Below, piece after piece: positions 12,627-22,547 of a DNA stretch of 42,087 bases; position 1 is the first letter of the stretch; the number at the start of each line of letters is the position of its first letter. The stretch is taken from assembly GCA_002104905.1 (NCBI GenBank), contig MCFE01000724.1:1-42087 (forward strand). The letters are read 5' to 3'. This DNA is from Basidiobolus meristosporus CBS 931.73. Its lineage: Eukaryota > Fungi > Basidiobolomycota. Below the pieces are notes generated by a model. It saw only the letters and a program-made list of their open reading frames with translations, ran no database searches and had not been told where the DNA came from. Both the position numbers and the translations under genes were made by a program.

Positions 12627-12984
12627 ATTAAAATTGATGGATGATCGTATGGAGGTGGTTTGAATTGATTCGGCACAATCTGCATTATTTATCTGATTTT
12701 AACACATTATGGTTAAATCTCCATCAATTGCCATGTATCCCATCATTATGTCGCAAAAATCATCCGCAAACAATGCCTTGGTACTTTTATTGATGCTTTA
12801 ATCATAGGTCTATAATCAAATAGGAAATCTGCAATTGATGTGATCTGATCCGTGTCAACGCAATCCAAGATGCATCATGCATAATATATGGAAAACTCAA
12901 CAATCACTTTAGTTTTCATATATATTTCATATAAGACCAGGTTGATGCCAATATACTGCTGTATAAGTATCCAAATCCGTTGCT
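12627..12984. promoter_or_regulatory. Putative bidirectional promoter between the transposase and ORF2
   Basis: 358 bp between two divergent ATGs, both conserved in copy C. Inferred from position only. Confidence 0.5.
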
Positions 12985-13875
12985 ATGGTCCCCATACCAA
13001 GCCTCAACTCATCTTTAGTACAACCCAGACAAAACCCATCCCCCAGCTCACAAGCGCGGTCCGGACCAGAAAAGTCAATGTCGGATCCGTTCGAGATCTT
13101 GCCAAATGATTTTAGTACGGCCCAAGTGTCTATGATGAGCCTTCATACAGATATTTGGGCACTACTGATTAATCTAGCAGAACTAGATACCTCAGAGAGT
13201 CGACAAAGATGGAAGAATTTGAGTAGAAAGCTGTGGCATGAGTTCTACATCAAGATGCCAGCCAATGTATGTAAAAAGATATATAACAAGACAAGTATTG
13301 AAATCAAGAATGAGCTGAGAGTGAGGGGATTTGACAAGGAAGCCGCGCGGGAACGATTTTGCGCGCAATTTGCACAGTACGGGCCGGACGCGTCCGTTTG
13401 TGCCTCAACTTTGGGAACCAAAGAGATTTTGAATGAGTTTTTGCCTCAAATGACTAATGTACTACGTGATATATTAGTAGAGCTAAGTGGCTTCCAAGAG
13501 CAATATACACAGGACTCATCCAGGCAACAGCTCCAAAGTATCAGACAGAGGGTAAGTGAATACCTTGAGGAATCAGATGGTGAGCTTCAGGAGGAAGAAT
13601 ACAGACCGCAAGCAACATTGTCCAGATCGCACCAGCACGCCTTGCTGGATTCCCTACCATCTCTTGCAACCACAGCGCGCCGGCGCACGTCAGTCCAGAC
13701 CACGCCAACACCCTTTACCAGAACGCCCCGCGTCAAGTCAATGCGCATTGAGTCAACGCGCGTTGGGTCAACGCGCGCGCTTCAGAGCAAAACTACCAGA
13801 ACTCGCCAAACTGCTCATTTAGACACAAGTCCATTGGAGCGGACCAAGTCACGTCAACATGCCGCATCACATTGA
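12985..13875 (+). CDS. PHIS second ORF (accessory protein, possible Myb/SANT/MADF-like motif); 296 aa in copy A, ancestrally about 423 aa to 14255
   Basis: ATG and frame are conserved in copy C with third-position changes. Motif W-x16-RWKNL. Copy D reads through the TGA at 13873-13875 and lacks the 1-bp loss near 13928, joining this ORF to 13872-14255, which ends in RKKPRRR. Confidence 0.75.
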   Translation: MVPIPSLNSSLVQPRQNPSPSSQARSGPEKSMSDPFEILPNDFSTAQVSMMSLHTDIWALLINLAELDTSESRQRWKNLSRKLWHEFYIKMPANVCKKIYNKTSIEIKNELRVRGFDKEAARERFCAQFAQYGPDASVCASTLGTKEILNEFLPQMTNVLRDILVELSGFQEQYTQDSSRQQLQSIRQRVSEYLEESDGELQEEEYRPQATLSRSHQHALLDSLPSLATTARRRTSVQTTPTPFTRTPRVKSMRIESTRVGSTRALQSKTTRTRQTAHLDTSPLERTKSRQHAASH

Positions 13876-15090
13876 ACTCAGCCAAGGGCCATCTCAACGT
13901 GTCAAGGCGTGCCTGCGCGTGCCGTTTGCCTGACCATCAGCAAGTTACTTCTGGTGAACTGACTGATGATGACCAACATGAAGTGACTCAACCACCAAAG
14001 CCCTTGGCAAGTAAAAGAACGCGTCAGCACGTGGCACTACAGGCTGGTTCAGTTGGTTCAGTTGGTTCAGTCGGAGCAATTCAGCGTGGCCAAGCTGCAG
14101 CATTGCACTCATCAACTAGGAGGCAAAATACTGACTACAAATACACAAGTAGCCAAGATGATAGTCAGCCAGGAAGTAGTATAGGTGTGCAAAGTGAGTC
14201 ACTACCAAATGCTTCAGTAGTAATCCCTGTGAGAAAAAAACCCAGGAGAAGATGATGCGATTGCTTTGAATCGCTCACATTTGTAATGATCCCAACAACC
14301 CTTTTTTTTTGCGATCTGAATCAAGCCATCGCAAATCAGTGATCTTCAAATTTTTGATACAAGTAATATCAAGGTCGTCTCACATTTGAGACAGAACCCC
14401 TATAAATAAACACCCTGCATATATATACGTCATCTGTAATACCAGTGCAGCTATTGGATCTGTTTCGCACCTACACGATCACTTGCGTGCTAGCTATGAC
14501 ACCTTGCCCAATCACTAGGATCAGGGATTTACTTGCTCAATGGGCAAAATGGGATATTTGATGGCAAATCAGGTAGCTTTTTCAGTAGTCAATGAGCCAA
14601 TTGGGGGCTGCCAGCTTCAGGATACTTTTGGACCAATTAACCACTGAGATACCGCTCAATTGGAGTGAGGGTAACCAAAATGGTAAGTATCAGTGTAGTT
14701 TATAGTGTGATACACATTTATTTCCATTTACATTAAAGAAACATATCCAAATACCGGATTTTACCTGCCATTATAGCGGTATCCGATTGCGCACGTGATG
14801 CAAGCATTACAAGTTGGCGCAATCATCCGCGCCAACCTCATCGTGTCAGATTGTGCCATAGTGTGCGAGATCGTCCCGCATAGTGCGAAATCGTCCAAGA
14901 ACGATCCTGCCTTCTGGTAGCTATAATATCTCGCCCGATTGTTCTTTGCAACCGCGGATTGCGCCGCGTGCCCTGGCACGGTACGATGGAACAAGTCTAA
15001 TTACTTTTATAGTAACTCTTCCTTATCTGGAAGTCACTTTCCTTTCTGAGAAAATATCCCCTAATATAGAAGTTATGAACTCCCCTTTAA

Positions 15091-15236
15091 CCTAAAGGGG
15101 TGTGTTGTAGAAGTCTCTAATGGGGTCTTTAGACCTAAAGGGGTGTCTTTAGAGTAAAGGGGCTTCTTTAGATAAAGGAGTTTCTTAAAGGGGCCTCTAA
15201 AGGGGTGTCTAAAAGGGTTTCTTAGAGGGGTCTTTT
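15091..15236 (+). repeat. Degenerate G-run minisatellite, TAAAGGGG-type units
   Basis: About 8-9 copies of (c/t)taaagggg or variants, spaced 11-25 bp apart, inside the G3 insert. Confidence 0.75.
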
Positions 15237-15909
15237 CCAGCAGAAAAGTGGTAGTTTCTTGTAGAACTTGGATTGGATTCTTGTGAGCTTTGCAGTCTCT
15301 TTACTGATGTAGTACCAATCAAAGTCAGAATACTCAACAGTGCAAGTGATGCAGAGGAAGTATTATAACCTTTAAACTTGTAATTGTAGTGTGAAGATTC
15401 TGGAAAGAGAGGCTCACTCTTTATTTTTCAGCTGGGGAAGTCATACTTATGAAAATTCTGAAGGATCAAAGTTTTTGGGCGCTTGCGCAAGCAATACACT
15501 TGATACAAAGCTAAAATTTTGCAGTGGCGCAGATCTGAGATAGGTGCAGCACCTTTAAGAGATCTCATGTGATTTGATTGGCTGGTTTGAAAGTTACATG
15601 CAATCAAAGTCACCATAGTAATCCTAGCAATAAGGCATAGTATATATAATAATTGGACTCTTTTGGTCATAACTCCTTAGGTACCGCTTCAAGTGAGCTG
15701 TAATTTGAAACATGTGTTGACTACTATGTGTTCTGTATGACATAATATTCTTGGGCGGATTGCCTGTCAGGGTCTGGAGCATTTGTTCTTCAAGGTTGGA
15801 AATTCTTGATCTTTCACTTGTGTGTTACAATAGCAAAAAGCAAAATAAAGAAATGAGTGCAATATTGGTTTAGAGACATTGTAGTAGTGGAATACTTTCC
15901 ATTACCACA

Positions 15910-16274
15910 GTTCTTGTACAGGCAAAGATACTTTTCTGTCTTTGTAAGTATTGACTACCACTGCATTCTTATCAAGTCCTGCTGGTGGAGTTTACAATTA
16001 TTTTGACTTTGGAAGCTTTAGTACATTGTCGTCTCAAAGGATGCTAAATTCAGCACACATATCTGTTAAGATGCCAACTAAGTTGGAGATTGAAGCTCCA
16101 TAGCTTTCCCTTGACAAGCTTGTGGGCTTATTCCCCCTCATAATGGATTAGAGACAAAACCAAGAATTCCTAGCCAGCTTTTTCCAAAGGTTATTGCACC
16201 CAGTGAGCACTCCACACATAAAGCACCTGAGAAGTGCTGGATGTATTGCCCCCTTGGACTTATACACCACCACA
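15910..16274 (+). repeat. G2 solo LTR, right part
   Basis: Homologous to about 20780-21147; ends tatacaccaccaca. Outer flanks CTGT / CCAT fit a decayed CCGT TSD. Confidence 0.9.
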
Positions 16275-16793
16275 CCATCACAAGATTGTGTAGATGGTCA
16301 TTAATTCCAAGCTGCTGGTATTATTGTGGTCTCCTGATGGGATCTTGACAGCTGATGCAGATTGGATTCACCTGCAGGACCATATTATTTTTCATAGGGT
16401 GTATGTACCTGTGCAGATCAGTACAATATATATTTGCTATTACCATTGAATTGAATCCAGCTCAAATCACTCAGCACATGCCTCACATTAATCATGAAGA
16501 TATGCCAATGGCTGTGGCATTATATTGCACAAATATTTGGTCATGTCTCATCACAGATGTTTCTAAGTTGCTTTTGATTGGTCTCTGCCATATCTCTCAG
16601 CTTCCCATTTTGAACACCCAACCACCTCCTACCTTTGGGAGCATTGCTGTACTATAGCCACTTTCACATACTTGTTAGTTTTAAACTTGAGCAGTGTACC
16701 TGATTTTCATACATACAGTTTGGTTTATTGGGTTGAATATTCAATTTCAACTCAGATGTAGATTGCACTAACCCAAACAAGTCTACATACCTG
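16275..16793 (+). pseudogene. Probable continuation of the LINE relic (possible zf-RVT-like region)
   Basis: Joins 10619 once the nested inserts are removed. Weak motif GVCTC...SLSTCL...KICQWLW. Highly decayed. Confidence 0.3.
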
Positions 16794-19530
16794 TATTACA
16801 AGTTTTGATATAAGAGTTGTAGAGGAATACAGAGTTTAGCCAGTATTTTATTCACTAATACTTGGACGTATTTTTATTGAGGTTCAAGCAGCTCCTCATA
16901 TACATTTTGCTAGATCAATTGCTGACTAATTATATTTCCTAATATAGGTTATGGATGGTGACTTGTATGATTGCATCCTCATCACCCATTAGATCCTACT
17001 TAATACATCTATTTCTGTCTGATATTGATTAGCTGATTCATGTACTGACTGATACTACAACTTGGATAGATAACACTGATATATTGATAGGCTAAACATA
17101 AAACTAACTAATTTGACTAAAAAATAAACTAACTTACATATTCAAGCAGTAGATTGTAACATTCTCCCCTACTAATGGTGAGAGGGTTCCCTTAAATCTC
17201 TTTTCTTGTGATACCAATATCATGATGGATCAGTATTGCCAGTAGGTCTTGCAAGCTTGAGTCTGTGTCTATGAACTAAATCTTCCCTGATATTCCCTTG
17301 TTTGTCCACAAGTTAGTAAGTTGCAAATAAACATTCTCTGATGATCTTGAAAGGTCCCATTCATTGTGGCTAAAACTTCTTCCAAGTGTTGTTTCTCAGC
17401 AGTGCAAATTTCCCAACTGTCAATGTTTCAGATGATATACTCTCATCAAATATCTACTTTATCTTTGCTGCACTTTGAGATCCTTTGGCCTGTGCCCCTT
17501 GTTGTCTTTGCTCCAGCTGCTGGCCTCTATTTGGCTGACAGGGCTCATCTTCTAATGTGACTGTAAGCTTTGGTTGTGTAAGATCTCTGGGAATCCTTGG
17601 TTCACATCCACACATAGAGTAAAGTGGCAATTGTTAGGTGGTGTTGTCTACTCTAACTCTGCATGCAAAGAGTGGTTGGTCTATATACTCATCCCATCTA
17701 CCAATGCCTCCATTTGCATACTTGGTCAGCATTTTTCAAATAATCCATTAAGCTGCTCAGTGACTTTATTAGTTCTAGGATGATGTGCTGAGGTTTTCAT
17801 GCGTTTGATCTGCTGCATTTCTTGGTAAGACTCATTTATCTTTTTGATCTCTTAATCCACCTCATTGTGAATGGCTTTGTACCTGAAGTGTTTTGATAAC
17901 AAGCTGGGTCAATCAAATTCATGCTCTAAGCTGAGTGGTGCTACTTGCTATAGTCTGATAAAGCATCAGAAACCATGTTGCTTTTCCCAAGACAGTAGAC
18001 AATATCCAGGTCAAATTACTAATTGTACTCAACCCACCTTGTCATTCTTCTGGATAGCAAACTGTAGGTACAGTTATACTTGAGTGAGGCATGATCAGTC
18101 TTCACAGTACACTTGACTCCATGAGAATTGGACCTCCAGGCAAGCAGTGTATTATTGCAAGCATCTCCTTCTCATACACTGGATAGTTCTAATCTGACAC
18201 TTGAGCATCTGCAAGGCAGTCTCACAGGCTTTGTTGCACTTCAAGGTGTTGTCTTTCTTGAGGACAGCAGTTAAAAGGGCTGCAATACTTGCAAAAAACT
18301 TTACAAATTTCCATCAATAGGAGGCCATTCTAATGAATGATCTGAGTTCTATCATGTAATGGGGCTGCTTTAAATTCTTGATGACTACAAGCTTCCTGTG
18401 GCCCAAGGCTGCTACTGTGCTAATGACTATGTGTCCCAGGTATTTAATGTGTTCCTTCAGAAATTCACACTTTGCTTGCTTGCCATATAACTTGTTCTCT
18501 TTTACCCTAAGAAAAAAAAATAAGAAAAGGTCAGCAGAATACCATCATTAAATCAAATGAATTCCAGGTTTCTCAAATCTGATAACTAGTATTGTTGCAT
18601 GCACTAGAAGCTTGGCAGACACGCAGACTCAAACTAGACTTGGCATTCAGCTGCCCACTACTTCCATCAAAAGTTGCAACTGGATATTTCAACAGAAAGC
18701 ACGGTTTGAATACCAGCTAAATACCATTAGAGTACTAGCGGAGTACCGGCTGAAAATGAGATGGATTCCAGGGTTGAGATTCTTCATAAGGATAGCTTCT
18801 TCAAGACCTCTTCAATATGAGCCAAGCGGTCCTCTTCTGTCTTGCTGTAAATCAGAATGTCCTCTAGATACATTACCACAAACTTCTCTGAGTATTCTTG
18901 GAAGATGGTTTGCATCAAGGTCATGAATATTGCAGGGGCATAAGTGTGGCCAAAGCTCATGACTTAGTACTCAGAATGCCCATATCTGGCTCTGAATGCT
19001 GTCTTAGGTATGTCTTCTGGTTTCACCTTAATCTGGGTGTATCCTAACATGAGGTCAATCCTGCTGAATTTAGTGGCTCCATTGAGTTGGTCCAAAAGCC
19101 CATTACTCCAAGGTATGTAGTGCTTATTTCTCATTGCAACTGAGTTGAGGGATCTGCAGTCAATGCACATCCCAAGTGTACCATTGATCTTTTTCACAAA
19201 CAGTGCTGGTGCTCTCCAAGGTGACTTGTTAGGTCTGATGAATTTTTGCTTCAGTAACTGAACTATTTATCTGTTCATTTCTTCCAATTCAAATGGACTC
19301 ATTCTATAAGGTGTCTTGCTCACTGGAGGGCAATCTCCTAAGTTAATGACATGATTCACATCTCAGACTGGTAATAGGCTTACAGGTTCCTCTGGAAACC
19401 TATCTAAGTATTCCTGCAGTAGAGTCTGGCCTCCTGGGGTGCTGGAGTAGGGACTCCACCTATAATACCAGCATGAGGAACATCTGGGTACCTTTGTTAA
19501 ATACTCTATAGAGCTCTGTCTTGCTAAGTC
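16794..19530 (-). mobile_element. Gypsy G1 copy 2: 3' LTR (16794-17161), PPT, deleted IN/RH and RT; 5'-truncated
   Basis: 368-bp LTR homologous to 37175-37542; ttctcccct PPT complement; RT fragment 18964-19197 ([17 protein letters not shown]). About 540 bp of integrase missing near 17840. Confidence 0.9.
18505..18791. mobile_element. MITE, CCCTA family, copy 1 (287 bp), inside G1 RT
   Basis: ccctaagaaa...cttcataagg; flanks TTA / ATA. Removing it restores ttgttctct(c)ttagcttcttcaag as at about 39560. Inverse homolog of 27247-27555. Confidence 0.8.
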
Positions 19531-19565
19531 TCACCATACATCCATTCTTGCAACAACATAATATA

Positions 19566-20077
19566 CAGTGGAACCTCCAATCCAGGCATAATCTCAGGGC
19601 ATGCTTAAAGTTGTGTAGTTAGCTGATAACATCCATTTTGTCAAATAAAAAATTGCTTTTTAAAAAATTTGGAGAGAAAATCAAAAATATTTTATTTGTT
19701 CATCTTTGGGAGTTTGGCATGACACATATTGCAGAGAAGGTTGTAGTTGCTCAAAAGCATTGCATCTTTGACTTCAAGGGCATGGACATCATCATTGCCA
19801 ACAATGTAACCAATCTTCTTGCAGGTGGTAAAACACACAGGGAAACCTTTCTTAAGTACAATGTCACAGGTGAAAGCATAGTTGTCTGGGTCACTGGGAT
19901 GAGGTTCCCAGAAGACTTAGTAGTACCAGGAGCCTTGGGGGCTCTAGGGGCAGGCTTTTTTCTGATCTTAATAAAATCACCAAGATAGTTGGAGCTGAGA
20001 TTTTTTGGCGCATTTGAGGACAACATCAGGATCCAAACCTTCTTTGACAAGTTTGCTGGTGAAGTCAGACAGGATAG
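19566..20077. mobile_element. Probable Tc1/mariner (pogo-like) element end carrying an unassigned coding remnant; cut by G2 insertion
   Basis: TA|CAGTGGAACCTC at 19564-19577, close to where G1 homology stops, resembles typical pogo/Tigger-like termini. The partner end was not found. Confidence 0.4.
19692..19916 (-). pseudogene. Start-less 74-codon open frame, Cys/His-rich, HNH-like C-terminus
   Basis: VFWEPHPSDPDNYAFTCDIVLKKGFPVCFTTCKKIGYIVGNDDVHALEVKDAMLLSNYNLLCNMCHAKLPKMNK*. The same frame is also open at about 19985-20075 (ILSDFTSKLVKEGLDPDVVLKCAKKSQL). Not in the supplied ORF track. Confidence 0.45.
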
Positions 20078-21147
20078 TGTAGTGGGGTGACAGTGGCACC
20101 CACTGACAGATGTGCTCATTCCCCTATTTTTGACTTCCCTTTATCTCTACTACACTTATTTTAGTTTTATCCCATTTGTCTTACCTGATCAGTACTATCC
20201 CATAAGCCAGTTGACTATCACACCTGCTTACCTTATTGCATAAGTTACCCCTCACTTTATGTAAGATTACTAGCAATAAGTGCCTCTATATTAGGCAAGT
20301 ACCCACGCCAGTACTTGTGACACATGATCAACCCGTGTCACCATCCCTACCATTTCCGTATCATATCTGTTATCCCTATGTTACACAGGTGTCAGAATAC
20401 TGACCTCTGATTGGTTGGATGTGCTGTGCCTCTTAGAACCTTCCAGCACCTACTTAGAACATACTTAGGTCAGTCTGATGTCATTAAGATTTCCATTAAT
20501 ATCCAGAACCTTCTGGAACGCCATGATTAGTAATCACTTAGCAGTAAGAAAAGTATATAAGGGAGGCTATCCCTCAACAATAAATCATCATCCCTTTTAT
20601 CAATATTCCAACTTGTTGACTAGTGTGATCACTGCTGCCTGCTGCCACCTGAACTTCCAACCCCAGACCACAGGGCATGCCCAGGAAACCACGCTGACAG
20701 CCAACTGACCTTGGAGGCACTACTTGTGAGGAATACTCAGAGTAGGTATCTTTTATTATATTTGATTCTTTCTCAAGTTTGTTCTTGTACAGGCAAAGAT
20801 AATTTTCTGTCTTTGTAACTATTGACCACAGCTGCATTCTTATCAAGTCCCTGCTGGTGGAGTTTACAGTTATTTTGACATTGGAAGCTTTAGTCCATTG
20901 TCATCTCAAAGGAAAATCAACCCAGCACATACTTTTGTTAAGACGCCAACCAAGTTGGGGATTGTAGCTCAATAGTTTTCCCTTGACAAGCTTGTGGCTT
21001 TATTCCCCATCACACTAGATTAGAGACAGAACCCAAGTATTCCTAGCAAGCTTTTGCCAGAGGTTATTGCACCCAGTGAACACCTCACAGACAAAACACT
21101 TGAGAAGTGTTGGACATATCTCTTCCTTGGACTTATACACCACCACA
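20078..21147 (+). repeat. G2 5' LTR (1070 bp)
   Basis: TGTAGTGG...CCACCACA; repeated at 25986, 10620/15910 and 32254. Confidence 0.93.
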
Positions 21148-21151
21148 TATT

Positions 21152-21169
21152 TGGCACCCAACATGGGGG
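21152..21169 (+). other. G2 primer-binding site, tRNA-Lys type
   Basis: tggcacccaacatggggg equals the known tRNA-Lys1,2 PBS TGGCGCCCAACGTGGGGC with both CpGs decayed to CA and the last base differing. Confidence 0.85.
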
Positions 21170-21296
21170 GCTCATACAAGCTCCCTAGGACCCAACAGGA
21201 TTTACCTGAAGATTTAAGCTGTTATCCACTTATTGAAACAAGACTACCAATATTATCAAGATTGAAACACCAACCTACCTGCCCAAAATAAATTCT

Positions 21297-22547
21297 ATGC
21301 CATTACCACTCACACATGGAGCCCCACAGTTTGATGGAAAGAGCGTGGAAAGCTTCATATTCTAATGGGAGAAGCTCTGCAAGATGTGCAGCCTATATAA
21401 ACAAGAAATGGCAGAAGACTCCCCCTACTACTGCACCAATGATATTACCACTAAGCTTCTTACACAAGAAGACATTCTCACTGACTGGACCTTAATGAAG
21501 ATATACCTACAGTCCAAGTATGGTAGACCCCAGATATACTATGGAATTGAAGACCTCAGACACTTTGGTAGGACTGGACTCTCCAAGCTGCCACTTGAAG
21601 GGTTCATTCAACAGTATGAAGATATGACCAAGCCACTCCTAGAGTCCCAGGGTATAACTGAGTTTACCATTACACTTTACCTTGCACAAGGGCTTCCTCA
21701 GGACTTTGCAAGGAGAGTTGACTTACATGCAGCCAAGGATGACAAGTCAGGCATTCCTTTCTTTGCAGAGATGAAATGTGTTCTCCTAGAGGCAAAGCAA
21801 ACTCCCACCTTTATGAGACTCCTGACATCAAATCTGCCAGACCAGTCAACCAAGAAGCCAAGGAGTGCTGTTGCTGATAATCAGACCTACACTACCAACA
21901 GAATTGACCAAATTGCTGTACAGCTACAAAAGCTAGCCCTCAAGATTAATGGCTCAGCTGAGGTAGCCACTGAGGGCCAAAGACCTTTGCCCAGGCACTG
22001 CATCTGGTGTGACTCCACTCAGCATGCCAGACAAGAATGCTCAGAGCTTAGTCAGCTACTCAGGGAAGGAGCAGTACAGTTTGATGCTGATTGAATGCTT
22101 GCTGACAAGGAAGGAAGAAGGATTCCCACTAATTTCCAAAGAGGATGGATGAGAGCCCTTTTCCAGAAATCTGACTCAGCAACAAGAAAGATTACTGTTG
22201 ATGCCCCTATTGGGTCTCATAAAGTGAATCCAAGCAGCCCTGACAACAGACAATATGAAGATGATGCCTTTGCTACCAAAAATCACCTCCCTGAACCTGC
22301 CAAACCCATCCTTAGAAAACCACAAGTTGACAAACCTGAAGTTGTTATTGACAAGAGGCCTTGTATGCTGCCCACCCAAGATCCATTGCCTCACTTTCAG
22401 ATGACCTCAAAGATAGCAAGCTACTCAAGCCCTCAACTGATTACTGAGAAGCTGCTGAAGCAGAACCTCACTTTGTTGGTTGGAGAAATCATGAGTGTAT
22501 CCCCATCTGTTAGGAAGACCTTTGATGAGCAGCTTAGAACAAGATAA
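21297..22547 (+). pseudogene. G2 gag
   Basis: MPLPLTHGAPQFDGKSVESFIF*WEKLC...; CCHC knuckle CIWCDSTQHARQEC; in-frame stops at about 21363 and 22092. Confidence 0.85.

Larger units (their letters stand above)
11559..14998. mobile_element. PHIS-superfamily DNA transposon, copy A (3440 bp), two divergent genes; Pangu-like candidate
   Basis: Ends AGACTTGTTC...GAACAAGTCT; flanks ATT / AAT; subterminal TAGTGCC/GGCACTA repeats; DDE_Tnp_4-type transposase on - strand and second ORF on + strand. Homologous copies at 30515-35495 and 35920-37174. Confidence 0.9.
11326..15909. mobile_element. Probable solo LTR of a third family (G3): 11326-11558 + 14999-15909, about 1.14 kb, split by PHIS copy A
   Basis: The insert begins TG and ends CA, and is flanked by a GTTC direct repeat (11322-11325 / 15910-15913) that restores the G2 LTR. 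No coding similarity seen. Confidence 0.6.

Noticed and set aside
13872-14255. Separate third gene in PHIS copy A
   Set aside because: Copy D reads continuously across this boundary; it is the frameshifted tail of ORF2.
11557-15000. Alternative boundaries TAGAC...GTCTA with a 2-bp AT TSD (ISL2EU-like) or TAG ends (Academ-like)
   Set aside because: Fits copy A only. The empty-site comparison at 30806-30972 and the foldback (GTCT|TAT) require AGAC/GTCT ends and 3-bp TSDs, and the transposase is DDE_Tnp_4-type.
15091-15236. Interstitial telomeric repeat
   Set aside because: The unit is TAAAGGGG with variable spacers, not tandem TTAGGG or TTTAGGG.
15880-15909. Helitron 3' hairpin
   Set aside because: No CTRR terminus after the hairpin, and the insert has a TSD, which Helitrons do not make.
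16290-16660. Gypsy integrase zinc-finger remnant (RVYVP...YH...W...DV)
   Set aside because: Motifs are in different frames with poor spacing; continuity with the LINE relic is the simpler reading. Both are weak.
19692-20077. Fanzor/TnpB-like nuclease carried by a Tc1/mariner element
   Set aside because: No RuvC motifs and no terminal CxxC..CxxC..DRDxNA pattern in any frame I translated.
19638-20119. ORF-track calls 19638-19988 (+) and 19751-20119 (-)
   Set aside because: No recognisable domain; the third minus-strand frame is more protein-like. Only a short K/P-rich part of the minus ORF may be real.
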